A stretch of DNA of 64,000 bases, taken from assembly GCA_009838525.1 (NCBI GenBank), contig VXRJ01000038.1, positions 10,654 to 74,653 on the forward strand, read 5' to 3'. Positions 9,155 to 17,893 of the stretch are shown piece after piece (the stretch's first letter is position 1; the number at the start of each line of letters is the position of its first letter). Under the pieces are notes generated by a model, which was not told the origin of the DNA, searched no databases, and saw only the letters and a program-made list of their open reading frames with translations. This DNA is from Acidobacteriota bacterium (GTDB lineage Bacteria; Acidobacteriota; Vicinamibacteria; Vicinamibacterales; UBA8438). The position numbers were made by a program, and so were the translations under genes.

Positions 9155-11014
9155 TCATAGCGCCGACGGCCCGAGAGACTGTCCCGCCGCCGACGCCAGC
9201 ACCGCATCGGCCCGGCTCCCGGCCGGTTCCTGATCCTGGTACTGCAACTGATACAACGTGTGGTAAAGGTCGCGCCGCGCCAGCAGTTCCTGGTGGGTCC
9301 CCGCCTCGCGCAGCTCTCCCCTGTGGAACAGCAGAATCCGGTCCATGTCCTGCACGGTTGACAGCCTATGCGCGATGGCGATGGTGGTCCGTCCCGCCAT
9401 CAGGACGCCGAGCGCGTCCTGAATGAGCCGTTCGGTGCCGGTGTCGACGCTCGAGGTCGCTTCGTCGAGCAACAGAACCTCGGGCGCAAACGCGAGCGCC
9501 CTGGCAAACGACAGCAGTTGCCGCTGGCCGGTCGAGAGCGTTGCCCCCCGCTCGGCCAATTCGCTGTCAAGACCCCCCGACAACCGCTCGATGAACCCGT
9601 CGGCATGGACGCTCGCCGCCGCCGCACGCACCTCGGCGTCACCGATCTCCTCATGGCCGAGCCGGATGTTCTCGCGGACGCTGCCGGAGAAGAGATGGAC
9701 GTCCTGCAGCACCAGCCCGAAGCGACGCCGCAGGTCGGGCAAGGGAAGCTCCCGGATGTCGACGCCATCGATCGTGATGCGGCCGCGGTTGACGTCGTAG
9801 AAACGCATCAACAGGTTGATCAGGGTCGTCTTGCCCGCCCCGGTTGCGCCGACCACGCCCACCCGGGAGCCGGGCGGGACGTCGAACGTCACGTCGCGGA
9901 GCACGTAGTCGTCATCCCGGTACGCGAACCAGACTCCTTCGAACCGGATGTGTCCCCGGCCACCCACGGTGGTCGTTCGTGCGGCCGGCCCCTGCGGCCC
10001 CGTCGCCGACGCCGGCGACGTCATGGCGACCGGCGTGTCGAGCAGGCCGAAGATCCGCTCCGACGACGCCATTGCCGACTGCATCAGATTGAACTTCTCC
10101 GACAGGTCGCTGATGGGCCGGAAGAACAGATGTGAATAGCTGATGAACGCGATGAGCGACCCCAGCGTTATCGTCTCCTGCAGGGCGCGGCCGCCGCCGT
10201 ACCAGAGGATCAGCCCGGTTGCCACCGCTCCGAGGAGCTCGATGGCGGGATAGAACGTGGCGTAGTAGAAGATCGAGTCGACGTTGGCGTCGCGGTGGGC
10301 CCGGTTGATCCGGCTGAACTGCGCGAAGTTGCAGCGCTCGCGCCGGAACACCTGGACGGTGGCCATGCCGGAAATGTTCTCCTGCAGAAACGCGTTGATC
10401 CGCGCGATCCACGTCCGCACCTCCCGGTACGACGCGCGCGCATGGGTCCGGAACCAGTGGGTGACGGCGGCGATCAGCGGCAGGACGACAAAGGTGACCA
10501 GCGCGAGGCGCCAGTCGAGGACCAGCAGCAGCACCATGATGCCGGCCAGCATCACGACGTCGCGTACCACGGCCACGACGCCTGAGGCGAACAGGTCGTT
10601 CAGGGCATCGACGTCGGTCGTCACCCGCGTCATCAGCCGTCCGACCGGGTTCCGGTCGTAGAACGCGACGTCCAGCCGCTGCAGGTGCCGGTAGATCTCC
10701 ATCCGGAGGTCGTACATGATCCGCTGCCCCATCATCTGAAGCGTCAGCGTCTCGATGTAGCCGAGAACGAACGAGCCAAGCAGGACGCCGAGGAACACCA
10801 GGACGATCTGCCCCAGGCCATCCAGGTTGCCGGTGGCGACATGGTTGTCGATGACCAGCTTCGTGAGCCACGGCGGCGCCAGCTGGAGCACCGATCCGGC
10901 CGCGATGGTCCCGAGCGCGAGAGCCACCGAGCGCCGGTGCGGCCCGAGGTACGTCAGCAGCCGCCGCATCAGACGGGCGTCGTACGCTTTGCCGAGCACC
11001 TCCGGTTCGTACAT
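9155..11014 (-). CDS. ABC transporter permease/ATP-binding protein (exporter half-transporter)
   Basis: N-terminal 6-TM domain. Walker A GATGAGKTTL, signature LSTGQRQLL, Walker B LLLDEATS. Confidence 0.9.
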   Translation of the reverse strand: MYEPEVLGKAYDARLMRRLLTYLGPHRRSVALALGTIAAGSVLQLAPPWLTKLVIDNHVATGNLDGLGQIVLVFLGVLLGSFVLGYIETLTLQMMGQRIMYDLRMEIYRHLQRLDVAFYDRNPVGRLMTRVTTDVDALNDLFASGVVAVVRDVVMLAGIMVLLLVLDWRLALVTFVVLPLIAAVTHWFRTHARASYREVRTWIARINAFLQENISGMATVQVFRRERCNFAQFSRINRAHRDANVDSIFYYATFYPAIELLGAVATGLILWYGGGRALQETITLGSLIAFISYSHLFFRPISDLSEKFNLMQSAMASSERIFGLLDTPVAMTSPASATGPQGPAARTTTVGGRGHIRFEGVWFAYRDDDYVLRDVTFDVPPGSRVGVVGATGAGKTTLINLLMRFYDVNRGRITIDGVDIRELPLPDLRRRFGLVLQDVHLFSGSVRENIRLGHEEIGDAEVRAAAASVHADGFIERLSGGLDSELAERGATLSTGQRQLLSFARALAFAPEVLLLDEATSSVDTGTERLIQDALGVLMAGRTTIAIAHRLSTVQDMDRILLFHRGELREAGTHQELLARRDLYHTLYQLQYQDQEPAGSRADAVLASAAGQSLGPSAL

Positions 11015-12859
11015 CTACGACTCCGCCAAGGCGGCTTCGAGCAACTGCTTGTGGTGCAGTCCCGCATAGAGACCGCCCGCTCCCACGAGTTCGTCGTGCG
11101 TCCCGCGTTCGACGACACGGCCCTCTTCGAGCACCAGGATCAGGTCCGCGTCGCGCACGGTCGAGATGCGGTGCGACACCAGGATCGTCGTCCGTTCGCG
11201 CATCACCCCCCGCAGCCGCGACAGGATCGCCTCCTCGGTGTGCGTATCGACGGCCGAAAGCGCGTCATCGAGGATCAGGATGCGGGGGTCGGTCAGAAGC
11301 GCACGGGCCAGCGCCGCCCGTTGCTTCTGTCCGCCCGACAGGGTAATCCCACGCTCTCCCACTTCGGTCGCGAGCCCCTGCGGAAAACCGGCGACGTCCG
11401 TGTCGAGCTGCGCCAGCGCCACTACGCCGGCCACGTCGTCCGCGAGCGCCCCGCCCGGCAGCCCGGCTTGCCGTCCAGCCGCAAGCGTGTATGGCAGAGC
11501 GCCATCGTCATCGTCGCCCTCCAGATCCGCGAGCGCCCCGAACGCGACGTTTCCCGCCACCGTCTCCGAAAACAGCAGCGGCTCCTGGGGCACGTACCCG
11601 ATCGCGCCGCGCAACTGATCGAGTGGCAGGTCGCGGACGTCGACGCCGTCGACGAACACGCTGCCGCCCGGCGGATCGAACAGCCGCGGGAGCAGCTCGA
11701 CCAGCGTCGACTTGCCCGATCCCGTCGGGCCGATGAGGGCGAGCACCTGACCCGGCTCGACCCGCGCGGAGACGTTCGAAAGGACGGGCTGTCCGTTGTA
11801 GGCGAACGTCAGGTCCCGGAACTCGACCGCGCCACGGATCGAGTCGACCGACGCCGGCCGCTTCGCGTCGCGGATGGCGGGCTCGACCTCCAGGATGTCG
11901 AGCATCCGCCTCCAGGCCGCCATGCCCCGCTGGAGCATGTTGGTCACCCAGCCGAATGCGATCATCGGCCACGCAAGCATCATCGTGTAGCCGCTGAAGG
12001 CGACGAAATCCCCCAGGGTCATCCGCCCCTCGACCACGTAGCGGCCGCCGAACCAGAGCACCAGGAGGCCGGAAACTCCGAGGAACAGGCCGAGCGACGG
12101 ATGGAACGCGCCCTGCAGCTCCACGAGCCGGCGGCTCCGCTCCAGGTACTCGCGGTTCGCGCCGCGGAAACGTTCTACTTCCACGCCTTCCCGCCGGTAG
12201 GCCCGAACGACGCGGACGCCGGCGAGTGCCTCCTGCACGACCGCGCTCATCCGAGCCAACTGCTCCTGCACCGCCTCCGATCGGCGGTAGATGGCACTGC
12301 CGAACCACTTGACGACGACCGACACGAATGGCAGCGGCAGGAGTGCGATCAGGGTCAGGGCAGGCGAGATGGATACCATCAGCAGGACCGCGACTACGAA
12401 CGTGATGGAGGTGGTGGCGGAGTACATGATGGCGGGTCCGGCCATCATCCGGACCGCCGACAGATCGTTTGTCGCCCGGGACATCAGGTCGCCGGTTCGC
12501 TGCGCGTGGAACCAGGCGGGCGGCAGCCGCTGCAGGTGACGGAAGAAGTCGTTGCGCAGGTCGAATTCGACGTCGCGCGACGCGCCGATTATGATCCGCC
12601 GCATCAGGAAGCGGCAGACGCCGGCCGCCGCCGCGAGACCGACCAGCATGGCGGCGTAGGTGACGAGTCCGGCGAAGGCGTCCGGGCCAGCGGCCGCATC
12701 CTGAGCCAGTTGCGTATCCAGATGGTCTATGCCGAGCTTCACCACCCAGGGCGACAACAGTTGCAGACTCGTGGCGCCCACGAGGAAAATGGCGCCCACG
12801 GCAAACCGGCGGCGATACCTGAGCAGATACGGGAGGAAGGCGGACGCGGCTGACGACAT
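11015..12859 (-). CDS. ABC transporter permease/ATP-binding protein (partner half-transporter)
   Basis: ORF-track ORF 11015..13096 is trimmed to ATG 12859 (MSSAASAFLPYLLRYRRRF). Walker A GPTGSGKSTL, signature LSGGQKQRAALARALL, Walker B ILILDDALSAVD. Its stop is directly adjacent to the start of 9155..11014. Confidence 0.9.
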   Translation of the reverse strand: MSSAASAFLPYLLRYRRRFAVGAIFLVGATSLQLLSPWVVKLGIDHLDTQLAQDAAAGPDAFAGLVTYAAMLVGLAAAAGVCRFLMRRIIIGASRDVEFDLRNDFFRHLQRLPPAWFHAQRTGDLMSRATNDLSAVRMMAGPAIMYSATTSITFVVAVLLMVSISPALTLIALLPLPFVSVVVKWFGSAIYRRSEAVQEQLARMSAVVQEALAGVRVVRAYRREGVEVERFRGANREYLERSRRLVELQGAFHPSLGLFLGVSGLLVLWFGGRYVVEGRMTLGDFVAFSGYTMMLAWPMIAFGWVTNMLQRGMAAWRRMLDILEVEPAIRDAKRPASVDSIRGAVEFRDLTFAYNGQPVLSNVSARVEPGQVLALIGPTGSGKSTLVELLPRLFDPPGGSVFVDGVDVRDLPLDQLRGAIGYVPQEPLLFSETVAGNVAFGALADLEGDDDDGALPYTLAAGRQAGLPGGALADDVAGVVALAQLDTDVAGFPQGLATEVGERGITLSGGQKQRAALARALLTDPRILILDDALSAVDTHTEEAILSRLRGVMRERTTILVSHRISTVRDADLILVLEEGRVVERGTHDELVGAGGLYAGLHHKQLLEAALAES

Positions 12860-12929
12860 CGATCCACTGAGGATAGCAGGCGCTGTCGGCGCGGTGCCGG
12901 GGAGCAGAACGGTGGCAACGAACGGACGG

Positions 12930-13838
12930 ATGCGGCAGGACGGGCGAACTGCCGGGCGGGCGATACGAAGGGCGATGGTGGCAGCGGCCGCAGCAGCAGT
13001 CGTGCTGGCCGCTGGCGCCGCCACGCCCGTCGTGGCGCAGCAACCGGAGGCACAGCAACCGGAGGCCGAACTCACCGAGTATCTCTGGGCGATCAACGAA
13101 TCGCTCTGGGTCGGCCCCGCGGTCGGCGAGGACTACACCATCGAGGTCTCGGGTGGCGGCTGGCGGCCAATGCCGTCTCTCTTCGCCTCCAGCGAGCAGT
13201 TCGGTATCCTCGGCACGCGGATCGACTTCGGATCGGACCTGGGCCTCTCCCGCACGGACCACCCGGAAGTTCGCGCGACCGTCAAGCGGGGCCGGCAGAA
13301 GCTGCGTGTCTCGGTGGTGCCGATGCGCTACGAACAGGAGGTGCAAGCGCTGGCGCGGCCGATCACCTTTCACGGCATCCGGTTCGACGCCGGCCTGCCG
13401 ATCGAATCGGCTCTCAACTGGAACGCGTGGAGGATCGGCTACGAGCTCGACGTCCTGTCGTTCTCCCGCGGCTACCTCGGCCTGATTGCCGAAGCGAAAT
13501 ACAACCAGATCGACCTGTCGCTCGAGACGCCCTCGCTCGACCCTGAATGGCTGAAGGTGAAGGCGCCGATCCCGGCGGCCGGACTCGTACTGCGGATCTA
13601 CCCGACCCGCTTTTCGCCGATCACGGCCGAGGTGTCCGGCATGCGCCTGCCGGAAGGATCGCTGGAAGAAGGACACGGCTACTACTTCGATCTCGACGTC
13701 TACGCTACGCTCAATCTGGCGCGGACCTTCGGCCTCACCGTCGGCTATCGCGCGATCGACTTCAGCTACCTGTTCGAACGGGACAGCGGCGACCTGAAAC
13801 TGGAGGGTTTCTATCTGCAGGCCGCCGTCCGCTACTGA
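12930..13838 (+). CDS. hypothetical secreted protein, probable outer-membrane beta-barrel
   Basis: Start trimmed to ATG 12930 (MRQDGRTAGRAIRRAMVAAAAAAVVLAAGAATPVVAQ). Alternating beta-strand-like sequence ending ...FYLQAAVRY. Divergent from the ABC operon. Confidence 0.5.
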   Translation: MRQDGRTAGRAIRRAMVAAAAAAVVLAAGAATPVVAQQPEAQQPEAELTEYLWAINESLWVGPAVGEDYTIEVSGGGWRPMPSLFASSEQFGILGTRIDFGSDLGLSRTDHPEVRATVKRGRQKLRVSVVPMRYEQEVQALARPITFHGIRFDAGLPIESALNWNAWRIGYELDVLSFSRGYLGLIAEAKYNQIDLSLETPSLDPEWLKVKAPIPAAGLVLRIYPTRFSPITAEVSGMRLPEGSLEEGHGYYFDLDVYATLNLARTFGLTVGYRAIDFSYLFERDSGDLKLEGFYLQAAVRY

Positions 13839-13907
13839 TGGGCGGCGGCGCCGCCGATTGTGGCGCGGCCTCCGGGCGACGGTCCGATGACTCGCGACGC
13901 CGGTCGA

Positions 13908-14666
13908 CTAGTCGTCCCGGGAGTCGTCCCGGGCGAGGCCGGCGGCGAGGTCCGCGACACGATTCGCGGTGAGCGACTCCAGGCGGCAGCCTGCGTAGCG
14001 CGCCAGGACTTCCACCGCGGCCAACCAGAACGGCGCGGGCCGCCCCGGTTCGGCGCGCCCTCCCTTCGCGTCGGTCCGCTCGCCGTCCGCATAGAGAACC
14101 GCCATCGGTTGGCCGCCCACGACCACCGGCACCGCCATAGCGCCCCGATCCGTATCGATAGCCGCGCCCCGTTCGCTGAGCGCGCGCTCCATTAATCCCG
14201 GATCGACGCCGCCCGCCGCGCGGTCCGTCGGATCGCCGGCCACCTCGTCGAACCCCACGAAACGCCAGCCTCGCAGCGACCCCTCGGTGCTGACGAACAG
14301 CGCAGCCCGGCCCGCCTCGCCCGCGGCCACGTTCACCAGCGTGTCGAGAACACCGCTCAGGTTCTCTACCTCGTCGATGCGCCGCACGCCGGCCAGCAGC
14401 GCGCGCGGGCCGCTCTCGGCCACTTCCGCCAGCGCGGCAGCGATCGCCGTATCCGTCTCCGCCGCCGATTCGGCCGCCGCCGCCTCCAGCGCCTGCGCAA
14501 ACGCGGCGTCGCGCTCCTCCATGGCGGCATCGAGGGCCTGCTGCTGATTCTGATCCACCTGCGCGATCAGCTCTTCGACGAGACCGTGGATCTCGACCGA
14601 CGCGATGTCACGTAACCTCGCTACCCGCTCGGCGATCTCCCGCTCGTAGTCGCGCGCGTCGGCCAT
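13908..14666 (-). CDS. hypothetical protein (N-terminal coiled coil, C-terminal GAF-like region)
   Basis: 252-aa ORF with protein-like composition. N-terminal Ala/Glu-rich helices, then ...ALFVSTEGSLRGWRFVGFD...PVVVGGQPMAVLYAD, resembling a GAF fold. Assignment is weak. Confidence 0.45.
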   Translation of the reverse strand: MADARDYEREIAERVARLRDIASVEIHGLVEELIAQVDQNQQQALDAAMEERDAAFAQALEAAAAESAAETDTAIAAALAEVAESGPRALLAGVRRIDEVENLSGVLDTLVNVAAGEAGRAALFVSTEGSLRGWRFVGFDEVAGDPTDRAAGGVDPGLMERALSERGAAIDTDRGAMAVPVVVGGQPMAVLYADGERTDAKGGRAEPGRPAPFWLAAVEVLARYAGCRLESLTANRVADLAAGLARDDSRDD

Positions 14667-14704
14667 GGGTGGACAGGGATTATAATGATTGCGTGTTCGT
14701 CATT

Positions 14705-15060
14705 GGGGGCGACACGGCTTCGACGGGGGTCATGGAACCGCCGGATGCATGCCGAGCACCATCGACTCGTAAATCCGATGGAAACCGAGTAACTGCGGAC
14801 ACGCAGCTGCCTCTCGCTGCCTAGACGGTAGCGACGCCTCTTCCGATCCTGCCCGCGGGCCGGGAGCCAGGCGCCATATCAGCGGGCTGGCCACCGCGCG
14901 CGGCACCGACGCGCGGCGGCGAGACGTCATCGGGGCTGGTTCCCTGGCGGTTTCCGCCGCCCTTAGACGCCGGGGACGAGACAAACAAGGGCGGACACGC
15001 ATGTAGAGTCCGACGGGACTGGGTTCTCGGACGCGGGTTCGACTCCCGCCGCCTCCACCA
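14705..15060 (+). ncRNA. ssrA: tmRNA (SsrA), one-piece
   Basis: 5' GGGGGCGACACGGCUUCGACGGGGG and 3' ...GGACGCGGGUUCGACUCCCGCCGCCUCCACCA. The acceptor stem GGGGGCG/CGCCUCC has the G3:U pair, and CCA is encoded. The internal tag frame ends ...GCG GAC ACG CAG CUG CCU CUC GCU GCC UAG (..ADTQLPLAA stop at 14822-14824). Confidence 0.93.
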
Positions 15061-15257
15061 CATTCTTGCCCTGCAGATAAGCGGTACAGCGATTTCTTGG
15101 GATCGCCGTACCTATTGTTCTCGGTGGTTCAAGTGTGGTGGCCACTTGGCGGTACGCCGCCTGATGATGGCCCGAAGCAAGCAAACATGCAGACAATACA
15201 ACCTTATAGCATATAAATTAAACGACGCGAAACCCTATAGATAGCCCGGAACCCCAG

Positions 15258-16820
15258 ATGGCGACACCGCAAGAGAAACTCGCTGAATCCTTGCAGACCC
15301 TGAATAGGTTGCAGGCGCGCGGCGTCACGGCGATCCGGTCGCGGGACTTGAGCCGCACCCACCGGGAGCGGCTGCTGGGCAGCGGCTTCCTGCGGGAAGT
15401 AATCAAGGGGTGGTACATCGCGTCGCGCCCGGACGAGACGCCCGGCGACAGCACGGCCTGGTATTCATCCTTCTGGGATTTCTGCGCAAGCTATCTCTCC
15501 GCGCGGTTCGGCGAGGAATGGTGTCTCTCGCCCCAGCAGTCGCTGGCGCTGCACGCCGGCAACCGGACGGTCCCGGCGCAGCTGCTCGTGCGCACGCCAC
15601 ACGGCGACAACAAGCCTACGCCGCTGCCCCACAACACATCGCTGCTCGATGTGCGCCACGCCATGCCACCGGGCGGCGAGGTGGCGGTGCGCGATGGCCT
15701 GCGACTGTTTTCCGTGCCGTCGGCGCTCGTCGCCGTGTCGGAACAGCATTTTCGGCGCGCGGCAACGGATGTGCGCGTGGCGATGGCGAGCGTGAAGGAT
15801 GCGTCCGATGTGCTCGCCGTGCTGCTGGAGGGCGGCCGCAGCACGGTCGCCGGCCGGCTGGCCGGTGCGTTCCGCAACGCTGGCAATGCGCGGATCGCCG
15901 ATGACATCCTGCAGACTATGGAGACGGCCGGATATGACGTCCGGGAAAGCGATCCGTTTTTGGACCGGCCCGGCATCGTGCTGCCGGTGCGCGAGCTCTC
16001 GCCTTACGTAAATCGACTGCGTCTGATGTGGGATGCGATGCGCGCGCCCGTGCTCGAAGGGTTTCCAGCGCCACCGGGTGCAGTCGAGCCTTCGTCCTAT
16101 CTGCGGGCGGTGGACGATGTGTATATCAACGACGCCTACCACTCACTGTCGATCGAGGGATACCGGGTCAGCCCTGAGCTGATCGAGAGAGTGCGCAGCG
16201 GCGCATGGAATCCCGACGGCGAACCGCAGGACCGCGATGCGCTTGCGGCGCGCGGGTACTACGATGCCTTCAGCGCGGTGAAGGCGAGCCTGGAGAGGGT
16301 GCTGCACCGGGAGAATCCGGGCACTGTTGGGCGCGACGACCATGGCGGCTGGTATCGCCGCCTGTTCGGCCCCAGCGTGACGGCGGGCATTGTCGGCGCT
16401 GCTGATCTGGCCGGCTACCGCAGCGGTCAGGTCTATATCCGGCACTCCATGCATGTGCCGCCGCCGCGCGAGGCGGTCCGCGATTGCATGCCGGCCCTGT
16501 TCGAGATGCTCGAGGCCGAAGCCGAGCCCGCCGTGCGCGTTGTGCTCGGGCATTTCGTGTTCGTCTACATCCATCCCTACAGGGACGGGAACGGCCGCAT
16601 GGGGCGTTTTCTGATGAACGTGATGCTGGCCGCAGGCGGCTATCCCTGGACAATCATCCCGGTCGAACGGCGCGACGATTACATGGCGGCACTTGAATCG
16701 GCGAGCGTGAACCAGAACATCCGGCCCTTCGCCTCATTCATCGGCGATCTGGCCGCTTCGGCCCTACCTGTCGCGCGCGCCTCTACGCGGAGACCGTCGG
16801 ATGATGGCGGCGGCGGGTGA
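15258..16820 (+). CDS. Fic family protein with AbiEi-like N-terminal domain
   Basis: Fic motif HPYRDGNGRMGR, matching HxFx(D/E)GNGRxxR with F replaced by Y. An upstream inhibitory-type SLSIEG matches (S/T)xxxE(G/N). The N-terminus RGVTAIRSRDLSRTHRERLLGSGFLREVIKGWYIAS resembles the AbiEi antitoxin wHTH. Confidence 0.85.
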   Translation: MATPQEKLAESLQTLNRLQARGVTAIRSRDLSRTHRERLLGSGFLREVIKGWYIASRPDETPGDSTAWYSSFWDFCASYLSARFGEEWCLSPQQSLALHAGNRTVPAQLLVRTPHGDNKPTPLPHNTSLLDVRHAMPPGGEVAVRDGLRLFSVPSALVAVSEQHFRRAATDVRVAMASVKDASDVLAVLLEGGRSTVAGRLAGAFRNAGNARIADDILQTMETAGYDVRESDPFLDRPGIVLPVRELSPYVNRLRLMWDAMRAPVLEGFPAPPGAVEPSSYLRAVDDVYINDAYHSLSIEGYRVSPELIERVRSGAWNPDGEPQDRDALAARGYYDAFSAVKASLERVLHRENPGTVGRDDHGGWYRRLFGPSVTAGIVGAADLAGYRSGQVYIRHSMHVPPPREAVRDCMPALFEMLEAEAEPAVRVVLGHFVFVYIHPYRDGNGRMGRFLMNVMLAAGGYPWTIIPVERRDDYMAALESASVNQNIRPFASFIGDLAASALPVARASTRRPSDDGGGG

Positions 16821-16857
16821 CCGGCGCGAGCGGTTGCGGCCGAGGGCCTTCCATGGC

Positions 16858-17880
16858 CTACTGGGCGGCCGGTACCGCCCCGAAGTGCACGAAGCCAGCG
16901 GGAAGCGGTTCTTCGCGCCCGGCCCGGCTGAACCGTACGTCCTTCTCCTTCGTCACGACGCCGATCGGTGTGAGCGCGACGTCGCCAATCTGCCGCCGGA
17001 CATGCCGCAACCGGCCGGTCAGGCGGGGCGGCGCCGTGAACGCAAGCTCGTAGTCGTCGCCGCCGGCGAGGGCCGCCGTCACGGGATCGACGCCCGCCGC
17101 CTCGAACCAGGCGCGAGCTTCGGAGTGGATGGGCAGCGCCTCGGCATCGATTCGGATGCCGACGTTGCTGGCGTTGGCGATCTGCCGAACGCCGTCGGCA
17201 AGGCCGTCGCTCAGGTCGACGCAGGCGTGCGCGGCCCGGTTGCGGCCCAATGCGACCCCGAGCGCGACGCGCGGCTCCGGCCGGCGGCACCGTTCAACGC
17301 AGGCCGGGAATCCGGACGTGGCGGCTCCGCCGGCTCGCAGCGCGTCGAGTCCGGCGGCGGCGGTTCCGATCGTTCCGCTGACCCAGACCACGTCGCCGGG
17401 TCGCGCCGCGTCGCGCGTCAGCAGGCGTCGCCGCTTGGCGCTCCCCAAGGCGGTGATGCCGATGACGATGGGCCCGGGAGACGCGGTGACGTCGCCGCCG
17501 ACAAGTGCGGTCCGATGGCGGGCGGCGAGCGCCAGAAGCCCGTCCAGGAGGGCGTCGACGTCGGCGATCGGACAAGTGCCCGGGAGCGACAGCGCGAGCA
17601 GGACGGTCCGCGGCGCGGCGCCCATCGCGGCAAGGTCGCTCAGGTTGGCGGCGAGCGCCTTGTGACCGGCATCGGCGGGCGGGCCGAGCGCGAGGTCGAA
17701 GTGGATTCCTTCGACCAGGGTGTCCGTTGTGGCAACGGTGAGGGTGCCTCGGTCCGGTTGAATAACGGCGGCGTCGTCGCCAATACCCACTTCGACGCCG
17801 GACGGCGCCGGTCCCACGCGTGCGCGGATCCGCTCGATAACGGCGTGCTCGCCCCGGCCGGCAACGGTGTCGCCCTTCAC
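16858..17880 (-). CDS. thiL: thiamine-monophosphate kinase
   Basis: AIR-synthase-related fold: GEHAVIERIRARV...IGDDAAV...TTDTLVEGIHF...GHKALAANLSDLAAMGA. Confidence 0.85.
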   Translation of the reverse strand: MKGDTVAGRGEHAVIERIRARVGPAPSGVEVGIGDDAAVIQPDRGTLTVATTDTLVEGIHFDLALGPPADAGHKALAANLSDLAAMGAAPRTVLLALSLPGTCPIADVDALLDGLLALAARHRTALVGGDVTASPGPIVIGITALGSAKRRRLLTRDAARPGDVVWVSGTIGTAAAGLDALRAGGAATSGFPACVERCRRPEPRVALGVALGRNRAAHACVDLSDGLADGVRQIANASNVGIRIDAEALPIHSEARAWFEAAGVDPVTAALAGGDDYELAFTAPPRLTGRLRHVRRQIGDVALTPIGVVTKEKDVRFSRAGREEPLPAGFVHFGAVPAAQ

Positions 17881-17893
17881 GCCTGCGCGCCGC

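Noticed and set aside
11015-13096. N-terminal extensions in ORF-track calls: ABC 11015..13096, thrS ..27143, pheT ..23072, TonB receptor 43842, DUF305 fusion 52421, cdd ..1535, OM protein 12729.
   Set aside because: The extensions overlap upstream genes or encode low-complexity Arg/Ala sequence. Internal starts restore canonical N-termini, signal peptides or start/stop coupling.
15061-16900. Direct repeat of the tmRNA 3' end (attR) that would delimit the fic island.
   Set aside because: I could not find any 15-nt or longer match to ..GGTTCGACTCCCGCCGCCTCCACCA downstream of the fic gene by eye, so no island boundary is claimed.
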